Of a stretch of DNA of 64,000 nt, positions 48,548 to 57,771 are shown piece after piece (within the stretch, counting starts at the first letter, position 1; each line of letters begins with the position of its first letter). A program made the position numbers and the translations under genes. The DNA comes from a virus (taxonomy: Duplodnaviria; Caudoviricetes), in IMG/VR virus record IMGVR_UViG_3300021399_000134, positions 21,279 through 85,278 of that record, one strand, 5' to 3'. The notes under the pieces are model-generated. The model saw nothing but the letters and a program-made list of their open reading frames with translations. It was not told where the DNA came from and made no database searches.

Positions 48548-48943
48548 ATGAAGAAGATTTTATCATTAGTATTAGTAGTAGCAATTGTATTATCAACTGG
48601 AGTAAAAGTTAATGCAGCAAAATTAAAACTGACAAAGTATCGGAAACAAGCAGAAAGAATTGAGAAAAAGAATTATTTGAATGTAATTGATACATCAGAT
48701 TTAACCTACAAAATGATTACTCATAGAAAAGGAAAAGTTCTTGTTGAAAGAGTAATTGGTAAAGTGAAAAATAATAAAGGAGATGGTCAGGTTCTAAATA
48801 ATACAGAATATAATTATATCTGTTATAAAAATCACATTGATTGCAAAAAGGGAGATATTATTGTGACTTATGTATTATATGATCCTGAAAATAATATTGA
48901 AGATGACATTATAGCAAGATGGGATTATAAGTTGAAAAGGTAG
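48548..48943 (+). CDS. Secreted/exported protein
   Basis: Signal peptide MKKILSLVLVVAIVLSTGVKVNAA; GGAGG RBS. Confidence 0.75.
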   Translation: MKKILSLVLVVAIVLSTGVKVNAAKLKLTKYRKQAERIEKKNYLNVIDTSDLTYKMITHRKGKVLVERVIGKVKNNKGDGQVLNNTEYNYICYKNHIDCKKGDIIVTYVLYDPENNIEDDIIARWDYKLKR

Positions 48944-48950
48944 GTTGCTT

Positions 48951-49610
48951 ATGGAAAATATCATTGTCATTGAGAATAACAAAAAAATGTCGAAAGTAAT
49001 GGAGTGGTATTTTGAAAATAAAGAACCACTTACTAATGTACCTTTAACACAAGGCACAATAAATTTTCAAGAAGAGGAATTATACATCAAGTATGATGCC
49101 TCTTTTTTAAATGCTGTCGTTTTTGAAATTGGCAGTATGGAATTAAATAGAAAGATATGTTCTTTTAAATACGACGTATTTACAGAAAAATTAAATGAAT
49201 TTCAATTAACAGGAACTGACGAAATAACAAAAATGCAACTACTAATGATAATAACAAAAGACAGAACCGTTGAAAAAAATATTAATAAATGGCACGCTCT
49301 TATGCTATTTATGTTGCATCATAAGGAAGTCGTAGAGGAAAAGGAAAGCAAGATTGCAGTTACAGAAAAAAAGAAAAAAGGCAAAATCATTAAGAAACAC
49401 AGATGTATTCCTTTAACCAGAAAGGTATATGTTATTAAAGATGATTTCGAAACAACAAAAATGCCTATTAAAAGGAATAAGCCTAATCATGAATTTCGTG
49501 TAAGAGGACATTATAGGCATTATAAGAGTGGCAAAGTAGTGTGGATAAATGAATTTGAAAAGTGTAAAGGAAAAGGAAATAAAGCAACTAAGAAAACTTA
49601 TAAATTATAG
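48951..49610 (+). CDS. Hypothetical phage protein
   Basis: Basic C-terminus VRGHYRHYKSGKVVWINEFEK, recurrent in phage early genes. Confidence 0.75.
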   Translation: MENIIVIENNKKMSKVMEWYFENKEPLTNVPLTQGTINFQEEELYIKYDASFLNAVVFEIGSMELNRKICSFKYDVFTEKLNEFQLTGTDEITKMQLLMIITKDRTVEKNINKWHALMLFMLHHKEVVEEKESKIAVTEKKKKGKIIKKHRCIPLTRKVYVIKDDFETTKMPIKRNKPNHEFRVRGHYRHYKSGKVVWINEFEKCKGKGNKATKKTYKL

Positions 49611-49621
49611 GAGGTAGAATA

Positions 49622-50380
49622 ATGGTTCATTACAAAATTAGTTATGGAAATGGTTCGGCGTGGTTATCCGAAAAAATCATAACCGTTGATGAGGAAACAA
49701 CCGATTATGGTTCGTTGATTGATATTCTCATTGATAAACTCGAAAAAAACGGAGAAGAACACTTTTTTCTAAAACCTGAAGAAATTGATAAATATAGCGA
49801 AGATATGTATGTGGTTGGTGGTAATCATGGTAGGTATTTATATCATAATGGTTATTTGAATATTCAAAAAGCTGATAATAAAGAAGTATTTAGTGAGAAG
49901 GTAGAAAATGCAATTATGCATTTATTTGAAACATATACCAATCTATATAGTGTTAGAGACCCTATGGAATTAATTGATATATTCAACAATAATTTAGGTA
50001 AATACTTATTATTTGCCAACCTATATACTGGAGACCACCGTTATTTCAACTTAGAAAATTTAAATAAAAAATCTAATAAATTAATAGAGTGCGAAAAAAT
50101 GTTAAGCGAAAAAGAATGGGATGTTTATTATATAACTCCAACAAGGTTTAGTGTTATTAAGTACGGTATTCCAGTAGATTTAAGGAAAAGATATTTAATG
50201 GTTAGTCAGCAATATTGGTCAAATCACTTATACGATAATCTAGGTGGATATTTTATAAAGATACCAGAGAGTGTTGTAAATGAATTACATGGACTAACTA
50301 TGGAAGAGAAAAGAGAACAATTATATGAATTATTAACACCAGATGCTGAATGGTTGCACAAAGAAGAAATGGAAGAGTAG
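49622..50380 (+). CDS. Hypothetical protein
   Basis: 252 aa; GGAGG RBS. Confidence 0.75.
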   Translation: MVHYKISYGNGSAWLSEKIITVDEETTDYGSLIDILIDKLEKNGEEHFFLKPEEIDKYSEDMYVVGGNHGRYLYHNGYLNIQKADNKEVFSEKVENAIMHLFETYTNLYSVRDPMELIDIFNNNLGKYLLFANLYTGDHRYFNLENLNKKSNKLIECEKMLSEKEWDVYYITPTRFSVIKYGIPVDLRKRYLMVSQQYWSNHLYDNLGGYFIKIPESVVNELHGLTMEEKREQLYELLTPDAEWLHKEEMEE

Positions 50381-50401
50381 TTGAATATATAAGGAGGTAG
50401 T

Positions 50402-50572
50402 ATGGATAAAGTAAAAATTTATTTTTCAGAAAAAAATATTCATGGTGCATGGGTAATATACGGAAGTGAAGGTATAAAACAATATTATTATTATACTAAA
50501 AAAGAAGCAATCAGGAAATACAAAGAGGATTGCAAGACGCTTGTAAATAAAAAGGGGGAGGTGTTGACATGA
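50402..50572 (+). CDS. Small hypothetical protein (56 aa)
   Basis: GGAGG RBS; MDKVKIYFSEKNIHGAW.. Confidence 0.6.
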   Translation: MDKVKIYFSEKNIHGAWVIYGSEGIKQYYYYTKKEAIRKYKEDCKTLVNKKGEVLT

Positions 50573-50943
50573 TAGAAAAATATGATTATAGGGCAGAAAT
50601 GAAAAAGGATATTTATAATTTTTTAGAAGATAACGAATACTTGATAATCAATATCTCAGAAACAAAAGAAACAACAGACTTTGACGCACTTTACGATGAA
50701 GTTTATGAGGAAATTTTATTAAGTGACGAAGTAACAGGTGGATTTTCTGAAAAGTATTATTACAGCGATTCAGAGGCAAGAAAAGCCCTGGAAAATAACA
50801 ATGACCTAATTTTATTAGCGGAATTTAAAAATGCAATCGACCTAGACAATGAAAAACCGACATACATTGATTATATTATTAGAAAAACACTTGCAAGCGA
50901 AATTTTAACACAGGTTTTAGAAGAAATTAAAACAACAGATTAA
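50569..50943 (+). CDS. Hypothetical acidic protein
   Basis: 124 aa; ATGA overlap with the upstream gene. Confidence 0.75.
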   Translation: MIEKYDYRAEMKKDIYNFLEDNEYLIINISETKETTDFDALYDEVYEEILLSDEVTGGFSEKYYYSDSEARKALENNNDLILLAEFKNAIDLDNEKPTYIDYIIRKTLASEILTQVLEEIKTTD

Positions 50944-50974
50944 ATAATAATTTTAAAAATAGGAGGTAAAAATT

Positions 50975-51466
50975 ATGTATGATTTTGATTTATTAGAAAT
51001 GAATTTTGATGAGGCAATAATGATGTTAACACAATATGCACATGAATGCGAGCCGATAGACATTGACGCAGTAAAGCGGCTTTACAAAGATGAAGTTTTA
51101 ACAACAGAAATTGAAAACGACGTAGAAAAATATATATGTGATTATAATGAATTTTTATTAAGCATTAACTATTACGACGATGTATTATATCAGAGTTTAG
51201 ACGAACTCATGTCAGATGCTAAACCTGAAGAAGTAGCACGGGCTGTATTTTATGGGGACTATCACTACACTTACCCATATGTAAGGTTTGACGGTTACGG
51301 AAATATTAAAAGTTTAGAAAGTTACGAAGTAGAAAGAGAAATGATCGAAAACGATGAATTTTTGGACTATTTAATTGAAAATGATAGCAATTTTGATGAA
51401 GAAGAATATAGCGAGTTAATAGAAGCTACAAACAAGGAACTGAGAAGGGAGGCACTAACATGGTAA
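50975..51466 (+). CDS. Highly acidic protein (candidate DNA mimic / ArdA-like)
   Basis: 163 aa very rich in D/E; FYGDYHY..VRFDGYGNIKS motif. Confidence 0.6.
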   Translation: MYDFDLLEMNFDEAIMMLTQYAHECEPIDIDAVKRLYKDEVLTTEIENDVEKYICDYNEFLLSINYYDDVLYQSLDELMSDAKPEEVARAVFYGDYHYTYPYVRFDGYGNIKSLESYEVEREMIENDEFLDYLIENDSNFDEEEYSELIEATNKELRREALTW

Positions 51467-51666
51467 TTTATTGTAAATTAAATTCAATGGAAAATGAGGC
51501 ACATACACATAGGCAGGATGCTGTGCCTTGTAAAATTATAAAAGGGTCAGTTATGGACTCAGACGTTATCGTTGAAACACCTAATGGTATTAAGTGTTCA
51601 GCAATATTCAATCCATTCGCTGGATGGTTTGCAGATGATGTTTATGGAAGAAAGGAAGTAATATGA
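51460..51666 (+). CDS. Small hypothetical protein
   Basis: 68 aa; GGAGG RBS. Confidence 0.7.
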   Translation: MVIYCKLNSMENEAHTHRQDAVPCKIIKGSVMDSDVIVETPNGIKCSAIFNPFAGWFADDVYGRKEVI

Positions 51667-51730
51667 CAAGAGAAGAATCAACTTATCAGTATCTTGAAGA
51701 GGCACTAACAATCCTAGAGGGAGGGAGAAA

Positions 51731-51898
51731 ATGAAAACAAAAACATTTAATGATTATGAGAAAGCTTGTATTTTTTGTGATGAGGTAGACGGACAAGTAG
51801 AATGGTGTTCCTATAAAGGCAATCAATATTGGACAGTATGGTTTAGCACACCAACAATTATAGAAGCAGATAATGCAGAAAGTGAGGTAAAGAAATGA
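51731..51898 (+). CDS. Small hypothetical protein (55 aa)
   Basis: GGAGGG RBS; MKTKTFNDYEKAC.. Confidence 0.55.
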   Translation: MKTKTFNDYEKACIFCDEVDGQVEWCSYKGNQYWTVWFSTPTIIEADNAESEVKK

Positions 51899-52272
51899 AA
51901 TCATATAAAGATTTTGAAAAAAGATATATAGGAACAAGCGATATAGCAACATTGATTTTAGTTGGATGCGATGAAAATGGATTAAACCTTCAGGAATTGC
52001 ATTTTGGAGAAGATAACAGTTATCAAGCATATATTTGTAATGAAAATAATGTTGAAATTGGAGAACATTATGAAAAAGTATCAGAGTTTAGTCATTGGTT
52101 AAAGATATATGATGATGAAGAAAAAGTAATTGAATTTAAAGCAGATAAAATTACTGTATATAGAGCTGCTATGATGGGTTGTATTATTCATTTAATAAAT
52201 AATGAAAGATATAATTCAAATAGTCACAAGCTCGCCACGGAGGTTACGACGGCAGAAAGGAGAAGAGTATGA
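51895..52272 (+). CDS. Hypothetical protein
   Basis: 125 aa; ATGA overlap. Confidence 0.75.
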   Translation: MKSYKDFEKRYIGTSDIATLILVGCDENGLNLQELHFGEDNSYQAYICNENNVEIGEHYEKVSEFSHWLKIYDDEEKVIEFKADKITVYRAAMMGCIIHLINNERYNSNSHKLATEVTTAERRRV

Positions 52273-52470
52273 GCAATAAAGAGGCGTTCAAGCTGATAGG
52301 AGAGAGGGCAAGGGAACTTGCAAAAACCCAAGAAGTTCAACATAAAATGTTGCAAATTGCAAAAGAAAAGAGTAAGGAAGATGCCGAAAAATGGCTTTAT
52401 AGATTAGCTATTGCAACGTTAGCGGGAATTTAGCAGACGCTCGCCACGGAGGTCACGATGGCAGAAAGGA
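52230..52470 (+). repeat. 32 bp direct repeat pair flanking one small gene
   Basis: GCTCGCCACGGAGGT(T/C)ACGA(C/T)GGCAGAAAGGA at 52230-52261 and 52439-52470. Confidence 0.85.
52269..52433 (+). CDS. Small hypothetical protein (54 aa)
   Basis: MSNKEAFKLIGERAREL..LAGI*; RBS supplied by the repeat. Confidence 0.65.
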   Translation: MSNKEAFKLIGERARELAKTQEVQHKMLQIAKEKSKEDAEKWLYRLAIATLAGI

Positions 52471-52477
52471 TAAAAAC

Positions 52478-52633
52478 ATGAATAAATGCAAGACTTGTGA
52501 AGAACTTAACGAGGAAAAAGAACAGGTGAGAATCACCGAAGTTAAAATCTCGGGATTGTATTATCATTGGTACAAGGATATTCTGTATTGCCCAACGTGC
52601 GGGAAAAGGATAATTCATAGAAAGGAGGATTAG
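52478..52633 (+). CDS. Small zinc-ribbon protein (51 aa)
   Basis: CKTC..CPTCG; RBS supplied by the repeat. Confidence 0.65.
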   Translation: MNKCKTCEELNEEKEQVRITEVKISGLYYHWYKDILYCPTCGKRIIHRKED

Positions 52634-52635
52634 TT

Positions 52636-53100
52636 ATGGATATTCAATGGAGATGTTATAAATATGCTTCAGAAACCTTTGAGGCATGGGTAAATGGCAA
52701 CAAATTAGAATTAACATATAATGAAATTCACCAACTTGGTTATTTAGCTATATGTGGCAAAACTAAAGAAGTTAATGATGGAATCAAACGTATTGTACGC
52801 CGAAACCGAAAGCAAAGAAAAAAAGTAGGTTTTGGCTTTTTTAAAGTAAATAGTAATGACTATTTATTTACTAGAGATTTATGGGCATATGATGATGACC
52901 TACAAGATAAACTTAGAATTTATAAGTTATGGAAAGATTTTTGTAAAACCTATAACGGAAAATTAAATCCACATACAATTACTATTGGAGAAATTACACC
53001 GTATGGTAGTAAGAAAAAAGAGGAAAAAGTTATTTATGATGAGGTTGATTTAAAGCGACCAATGAAGTTTAGTTACAAATATGATTATCAAATTATTTAA
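52636..53100 (+). CDS. Hypothetical protein
   Basis: 154 aa; GGAGG RBS. Confidence 0.75.
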   Translation: MDIQWRCYKYASETFEAWVNGNKLELTYNEIHQLGYLAICGKTKEVNDGIKRIVRRNRKQRKKVGFGFFKVNSNDYLFTRDLWAYDDDLQDKLRIYKLWKDFCKTYNGKLNPHTITIGEITPYGSKKKEEKVIYDEVDLKRPMKFSYKYDYQII

Positions 53101-53113
53101 AGGGGTGTTCATT

Positions 53114-53344
53114 ATGGATTATGAATTTTTTTATGATTTAGCAGTGTATTCAAGCGAAAATTGGCGTGGTAAATTTACTTATAAAGAAATCGCTTGCTAT
53201 GCTCATGAATGGTGGTTGTCATGGCAGGAGTGTTGTAAAAATAAAAAATTAAATCATGACATACAAACATTAGTAGAAAACTTAGAAGAAGATCAAGAAA
53301 ATGTGTTTTTAAATACAATTAAATTAGAAATGAGGAGGTGGTAA
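53114..53344 (+). CDS. Hypothetical protein
   Basis: Start MDYEFFY after AGGGG. Confidence 0.7.
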   Translation: MDYEFFYDLAVYSSENWRGKFTYKEIACYAHEWWLSWQECCKNKKLNHDIQTLVENLEEDQENVFLNTIKLEMRRW

Positions 53345-53346
53345 TT

Positions 53347-53874
53347 ATGGATAAATTGATTCAGACTTCGGAAACGAATATTATATACGGAGAATTCAGA
53401 GGAGAAAACAATAAAGAATTAATCAGAAGTCCATTGATAAAAGATATAAAGAATTTTATTAATAAGGAACGACGTTTAGTCGTTCCTTTTAAAATGAATA
53501 ATCCTTTTGTTGACCAAGATATAACTGAATACATAGAAGATGACCCACATAAAAGGAAAGGATATATTTATAAGGGATATTTTCGTATGTATTGGAGATA
53601 TGGTTGGTATGGTAGATGGTTTGATAGTTCACCAGAAATAAGTCAATTAGATATTTTAGGAGTACAAAGAATTATAGACTGGTTTGTTAAAAATTTTCCC
53701 AAAGGTTGTAATTGGGAAATGGATTTATTCTTTTCGGAAAACTATAAAGAAGAAAATGAAAATGTTTATTATATTCAACCATATTTAAGCGACATTTACA
53801 GAATCACAGTTAACACATCTTATGGAAATGAGGATTATCCAGTTAGAATTTATGTATTTGAAAAGGAGGTATAA
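53347..53874 (+). CDS. Hypothetical protein
   Basis: Start MDKLIQ after GAGGAGG. Confidence 0.75.
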   Translation: MDKLIQTSETNIIYGEFRGENNKELIRSPLIKDIKNFINKERRLVVPFKMNNPFVDQDITEYIEDDPHKRKGYIYKGYFRMYWRYGWYGRWFDSSPEISQLDILGVQRIIDWFVKNFPKGCNWEMDLFFSENYKEENENVYYIQPYLSDIYRITVNTSYGNEDYPVRIYVFEKEV

Positions 53875-53876
53875 TT

Positions 53877-54113
53877 ATGAGAATGTACGAGTTATGTCCT
53901 ATAGGTAATAAGAAGAGTTTTTATGGCAAAGCAAAAGTAGTTATTGATGACGACAATACAGAAACTTTATTATCGTATGATACTCCAATCATTAAGAGAG
54001 ATGAAGATGGAAATTTGACTAGATTATACAACGGTTGGAGTGCTACTACAGGTAGACACATTAAAGCATTTTGTGGATTGACTAAGAAAGAATTTTTTGA
54101 AGTAAAAATGTAA
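53877..54113 (+). CDS. Hypothetical phage protein
   Basis: KSFYGKA..LLSYDT..WSATTGRHIKAF motif, recurrent in phages. Confidence 0.75.
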   Translation: MRMYELCPIGNKKSFYGKAKVVIDDDNTETLLSYDTPIIKRDEDGNLTRLYNGWSATTGRHIKAFCGLTKKEFFEVKM

Positions 54114-54140
54114 TTAAGTTTCGACAGGACGGGGAGAAAG

Positions 54141-54326
54141 ATGGACAATATGAAGATAAAAAATATAAACAATCAGGAATTGATTTTCAGATACACGAAA
54201 GCATGTTTCCTGATAACGAATTATCCTAACAATAAAAAATATAACAAAGAATGGAACACCTTATATACGGTGTTATGCGACCGTTTAAATGTAGACAAAG
54301 ATGAGATGGATAAAATGAAATTATAA
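54141..54326 (+). CDS. Small hypothetical protein
   Basis: 61 aa; follows the partial repeat. Confidence 0.65.
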   Translation: MDNMKIKNINNQELIFRYTKACFLITNYPNNKKYNKEWNTLYTVLCDRLNVDKDEMDKMKL

Positions 54327-54380
54327 TAATTTAATATAGCTGACCTAACAGGCTATACGAGGAGAAAGAGAGGAACAGAC

Positions 54381-54584
54381 ATGATAACAGAATTGAGAAC
54401 AGGGATGATAACAAATGATTCTCATAAAAAGGTTTGGTTTATCGGCAGCGGCTATGAAGCTGTTAAAACTATCATAGTTGAAGCAAAAACCGACAGAGAA
54501 GCAATAAATAAGGCAAGAGAAAGTTATAATTCTAATAAGTGGGATTTCCATTATTGTGAAATTGAAGTAGCAAAATGTTTATAA
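54381..54584 (+). CDS. Small hypothetical protein
   Basis: 67 aa; follows a repeat. Confidence 0.65.
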   Translation: MITELRTGMITNDSHKKVWFIGSGYEAVKTIIVEAKTDREAINKARESYNSNKWDFHYCEIEVAKCL

Positions 54585-54634
54585 AATTATTAGCTGACCT
54601 ATCGGCAACACGGGGAGAAGGAGAGGACAAAGAT

Positions 54635-54934
54635 ATGAAGAAGTACAGAGTAAACGCAAGTGAGCATTTTAATCTTATGTCTATGCATGACCATTTAAAA
54701 TGTGTTGAAATTGATATGATAGAGGGTGTTATTCCGTGGAACAATGATGTTATAGACAGAATAGATGAAGTTGAAAACTTGTTAGATAAAGCCTACTGTG
54801 TTGGTGCATTGGTTGACTGGTCAACATTAAAGAGAATTAGAGAAATTAAAGATGAGCGACAAATGATACGCTATAATAAATGCTTGCAAAATGGCATGAA
54901 AGAAAAAGACGCTGGTTTAGCGTTTCAGGTATAA
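54635..54934 (+). CDS. Hypothetical protein
   Basis: Start MKKYRV after a repeat; the track ORF reads through the repeat from 54575. Confidence 0.7.
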   Translation: MKKYRVNASEHFNLMSMHDHLKCVEIDMIEGVIPWNNDVIDRIDEVENLLDKAYCVGALVDWSTLKRIREIKDERQMIRYNKCLQNGMKEKDAGLAFQV

Positions 54935-54982
54935 GAAATAATGCTGTCCTATCGGCACGACGGGGAGAAAGAGGTAAAAGAT

Positions 54983-55342
54983 ATGAGTAAAATTAATAAG
55001 GATTTATTAGATGAGTTAAACGAGATGATTGATAAGATGGATAGAGCTTGCTACATTTATAGGCTTAATGTAAACCTTGCTAAAAAGTTAAATGTTGAGT
55101 TGCCACAAGAACTTAAAGAGAAAATCGGTAGACTTGCAATTATGAGTAGGACTTGCGAAAAAGTCGAGTATTATTACAGGTCAAAAGATGATATTCTTTT
55201 TGGCGATTGGGTGAGAACTAATGACCAACCTGAGCCTGAAGAAAGTGAGCTTGCGATTAACTTATTAAATCAGTATAGAGAGTTAAAGTATGAGGTAGGC
55301 AGCGTTGAATACTTTATACCAGATGAATTATGCAGAAAGTGA
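54983..55342 (+). CDS. Hypothetical protein
   Basis: Start MSKINKD after a repeat and GAGG RBS. Confidence 0.7.
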   Translation: MSKINKDLLDELNEMIDKMDRACYIYRLNVNLAKKLNVELPQELKEKIGRLAIMSRTCEKVEYYYRSKDDILFGDWVRTNDQPEPEESELAINLLNQYRELKYEVGSVEYFIPDELCRK

Positions 55343-55352
55343 GGAATAAGCT

Positions 55353-55586
55353 ATGACAATATATGAGTATATTACACAACCAAGTTTTCCTATAACCCTA
55401 GAAGGTGTTATAGAAAATATTAAAGACGGTTTAATTACCTTGAGAAGCATCGAATCAGGTAGAAAGATTATTATTATTCCAGATGATTCAGAAAATATTG
55501 AATATTACTTAAAACACGTTATATTTGCAGGTGAGGAATTGAGTGAAGATGAGCATACGTTATATGCGTGTAGGGATGAAGCATAA
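55353..55586 (+). CDS. Hypothetical protein
   Basis: 77 aa; GAGG RBS. Confidence 0.7.
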   Translation: MTIYEYITQPSFPITLEGVIENIKDGLITLRSIESGRKIIIIPDDSENIEYYLKHVIFAGEELSEDEHTLYACRDEA

Positions 55587-55741
55587 AGGGGGTTTTTCCT
55601 AAACTTTCTATATATATATATTTTATATATACTTTTTTATTTTATATATAAATAGTTAAAAATAAAAAAGAATAGTACATAATATTGATATATACGAATA
55701 GTAAAAAATAAAAAACGCCCTTAACAAGGTGTTTTGCGTAA

Positions 55742-56119
55742 ATGTATGATAGTTATGGTAATTTTGGTGGTTATGATATTTTTGAATTAGTATATGAATG
55801 GAATGAAGAGTATATAAGGCAGATTTACAAAGAGAAAAAGACTGACAAATATTTACAAATATATGTGCGTAAAGAAGGAGAGAGTTTTTTAACAAAACAT
55901 ACTCTAACTTCTTTGAAAGAAATTCAGGATTATATAGATTCAGACAGAGACCATAAGAGAGAATTAGGGATTTGTATTGCGTGTTACGACGAAGATAATG
56001 CTAGTTTAAAATATCCTATTAAAATTACTCACGATTCAAATGCGATTTATGAAGAATGTGATATATCATTAAGCGACCCTAATCAGGGATGGCATATTGA
56101 AGAAGATGATGAGTATTGA
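55742..56119 (+). CDS. Hypothetical protein, possibly 5'-truncated
   Basis: 125 aa ORF without a clear RBS, after an AT-rich tract. Confidence 0.55.
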   Translation: MYDSYGNFGGYDIFELVYEWNEEYIRQIYKEKKTDKYLQIYVRKEGESFLTKHTLTSLKEIQDYIDSDRDHKRELGICIACYDEDNASLKYPIKITHDSNAIYEECDISLSDPNQGWHIEEDDEY

Positions 56120-56143
56120 TATTAAAAGAAAGGAAGTGAATAT

Positions 56144-56317
56144 ATGTGTACTAGATTCAGAAATTTTCAAAAATTATTAAAGAAAAATGGTTTTGAATTA
56201 ATAAGAATTCGAGGCTCACATTACATATATAAAAAGGATGGCGATGAGTTGACAATTAATTTAAAACTTAATAAAATGGTAGCACAGAGATTAGTTAAAA
56301 CATACAACTTGATTTAA
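56144..56317 (+). CDS. hicA: HicA-family toxin-like protein (57 aa), not in the ORF track
   Basis: MCTRFRNFQKLLKKNGFELIRIRGSHYIYKKDGDELTINLKLNKMVAQRLVKTYNLI*; L..NGF...R.RGSH motif; AAAGGAAG RBS. Confidence 0.75.
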   Translation: MCTRFRNFQKLLKKNGFELIRIRGSHYIYKKDGDELTINLKLNKMVAQRLVKTYNLI

Positions 56318-56333
56318 TTGTGGAGGTAGAATT

Positions 56334-57209
56334 ATGATAGGTATTATTTTGGGTGGTGCTGCCATTGTGGGTAGTGCTGCAAGCGTAATCAGCAAGAAAT
56401 TTTATGATAATCAATCCAGAGCAAATAGCAAACAACAAGGTAGATTAACTTATGTAGATGGTTGGGGCATTGAAAGAAGTGTTACTTCAAACAAAAGGTG
56501 TACTATTAGTCAAGGTGCAAACGGACATCAGTATATGTATGATAAATACGGAAATATAATTGGAGATTTAACATTAAAAAAAGAATGGAATACTTTTAAT
56601 GAAGAACTTAGTTATGCATTGAAACATAATTTAGATTATATTTCTGGTGGTTCATTGTCAGCTTGGTATATTCCGAAAAATAATCTGTTGAGTCCTTGTC
56701 ATGCAGGTGGTTATATGCGTGTTAGGCTTTGTATTCATGATTTCAAATCTTATATTAGAGTTATTTATGTTTGGGATGTGAACCATTTAGAAGAAGTATT
56801 AAAATATCCAGGTTATCCTGAATTATATGATGTTGATGATATTACAAATTGCTGGATTCATCATTTAGAATCTCAAGATAGCAGTGTTAAATATAAATTA
56901 GCAGTATTTAATATCTCAGTTGAAACAGGTAAAATTCGCCCAGTGTTAGATGCACAACAGAAAGTATATTATGAACAAATCCCAGAAGGTGATCCAGACA
57001 TATTTTATTTTGAAAAGAAGGACAATCTGTTCGCCGACGAAAAAGAATATATGGATTTTGTCAAATGTTATAACGAAAGAATTGATAAAATTTGGGAAAA
57101 ATATACTACTCAATATGTAATTAAAAGTGGAGAATCGCCTTATGCAGAAAATCTAACTCGTGAATTATTGCCAAATTACGGTTACAGAAAACACAAAAAA
57201 TTTGCATAA
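56334..57209 (+). CDS. Membrane-anchored hypothetical protein
   Basis: N-terminal hydrophobic segment MIGIILGGAAIVGSAASVI; 291 aa. Confidence 0.7.
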   Translation: MIGIILGGAAIVGSAASVISKKFYDNQSRANSKQQGRLTYVDGWGIERSVTSNKRCTISQGANGHQYMYDKYGNIIGDLTLKKEWNTFNEELSYALKHNLDYISGGSLSAWYIPKNNLLSPCHAGGYMRVRLCIHDFKSYIRVIYVWDVNHLEEVLKYPGYPELYDVDDITNCWIHHLESQDSSVKYKLAVFNISVETGKIRPVLDAQQKVYYEQIPEGDPDIFYFEKKDNLFADEKEYMDFVKCYNERIDKIWEKYTTQYVIKSGESPYAENLTRELLPNYGYRKHKKFA

Positions 57210-57226
57210 AAAGGAGGTATATAAAA

Positions 57227-57769
57227 ATGGAAATAAAAGAATACGATTGTTATTTTAGTAATGATGAATACAATACCAAAGAAATAAAGATTATTAAATC
57301 TATTCCTTATGATAAAGAAGTAGATTTAGATTACACTATTTCTATCGCAGAAATGATGGAAGAATGTTATAACATGAGTCAAATGGCAGAGGAACATTCT
57401 TACAGTATATGTTTTGATGAAAACAAAAAATTAATTGGCGTTGTATTGAATAGTATCGGTTCTGAAGGAAATATACACTTAGATTTGAATACAATATCTA
57501 ATCGTTTAGTAGTATTAAACTGTAAGTATGTTGTATTTATTCATAATCATCCTTTGTATCCACCAGAACCAAGTAAACAAGATTTAACAAATTATGATTT
57601 TTTAAAAATGTATTATAAACAACATTTTGTTGATAGTTTAATAGTGGGATATGATAAGGAATTTTGTTCGATTAATATTTTTAAAGATTTTGATGGATTA
57701 TGGCGTTTTGATAATAAAGAAGAACAAGAAGTGGAATATATTTTAAAAAAAGGGAATGGAGGTAATTAA
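57227..57769 (+). CDS. JAB/RadC-like domain protein
   Basis: EEHSY..FIHNHP..PEPSKQD..DSLIVG JAB metal-binding motif. Confidence 0.8.
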   Translation: MEIKEYDCYFSNDEYNTKEIKIIKSIPYDKEVDLDYTISIAEMMEECYNMSQMAEEHSYSICFDENKKLIGVVLNSIGSEGNIHLDLNTISNRLVVLNCKYVVFIHNHPLYPPEPSKQDLTNYDFLKMYYKQHFVDSLIVGYDKEFCSINIFKDFDGLWRFDNKEEQEVEYILKKGNGGN

Positions 57770-57771
57770 TT

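Larger units (their letters stand above)
54116..54973 (+). repeat. Dispersed ~30 bp intergenic repeat family
   Basis: GCTGACCTAACAGGCTATACGAGGAGAAAG (54339), GCTGACCTATCGGCAACACGGGGAGAAGG (54593), GCTGTCCTATCGGCACGACGGGGAGAAAG (54943), and a partial GACGGGGAGAAAG at ~54128. Confidence 0.85.
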
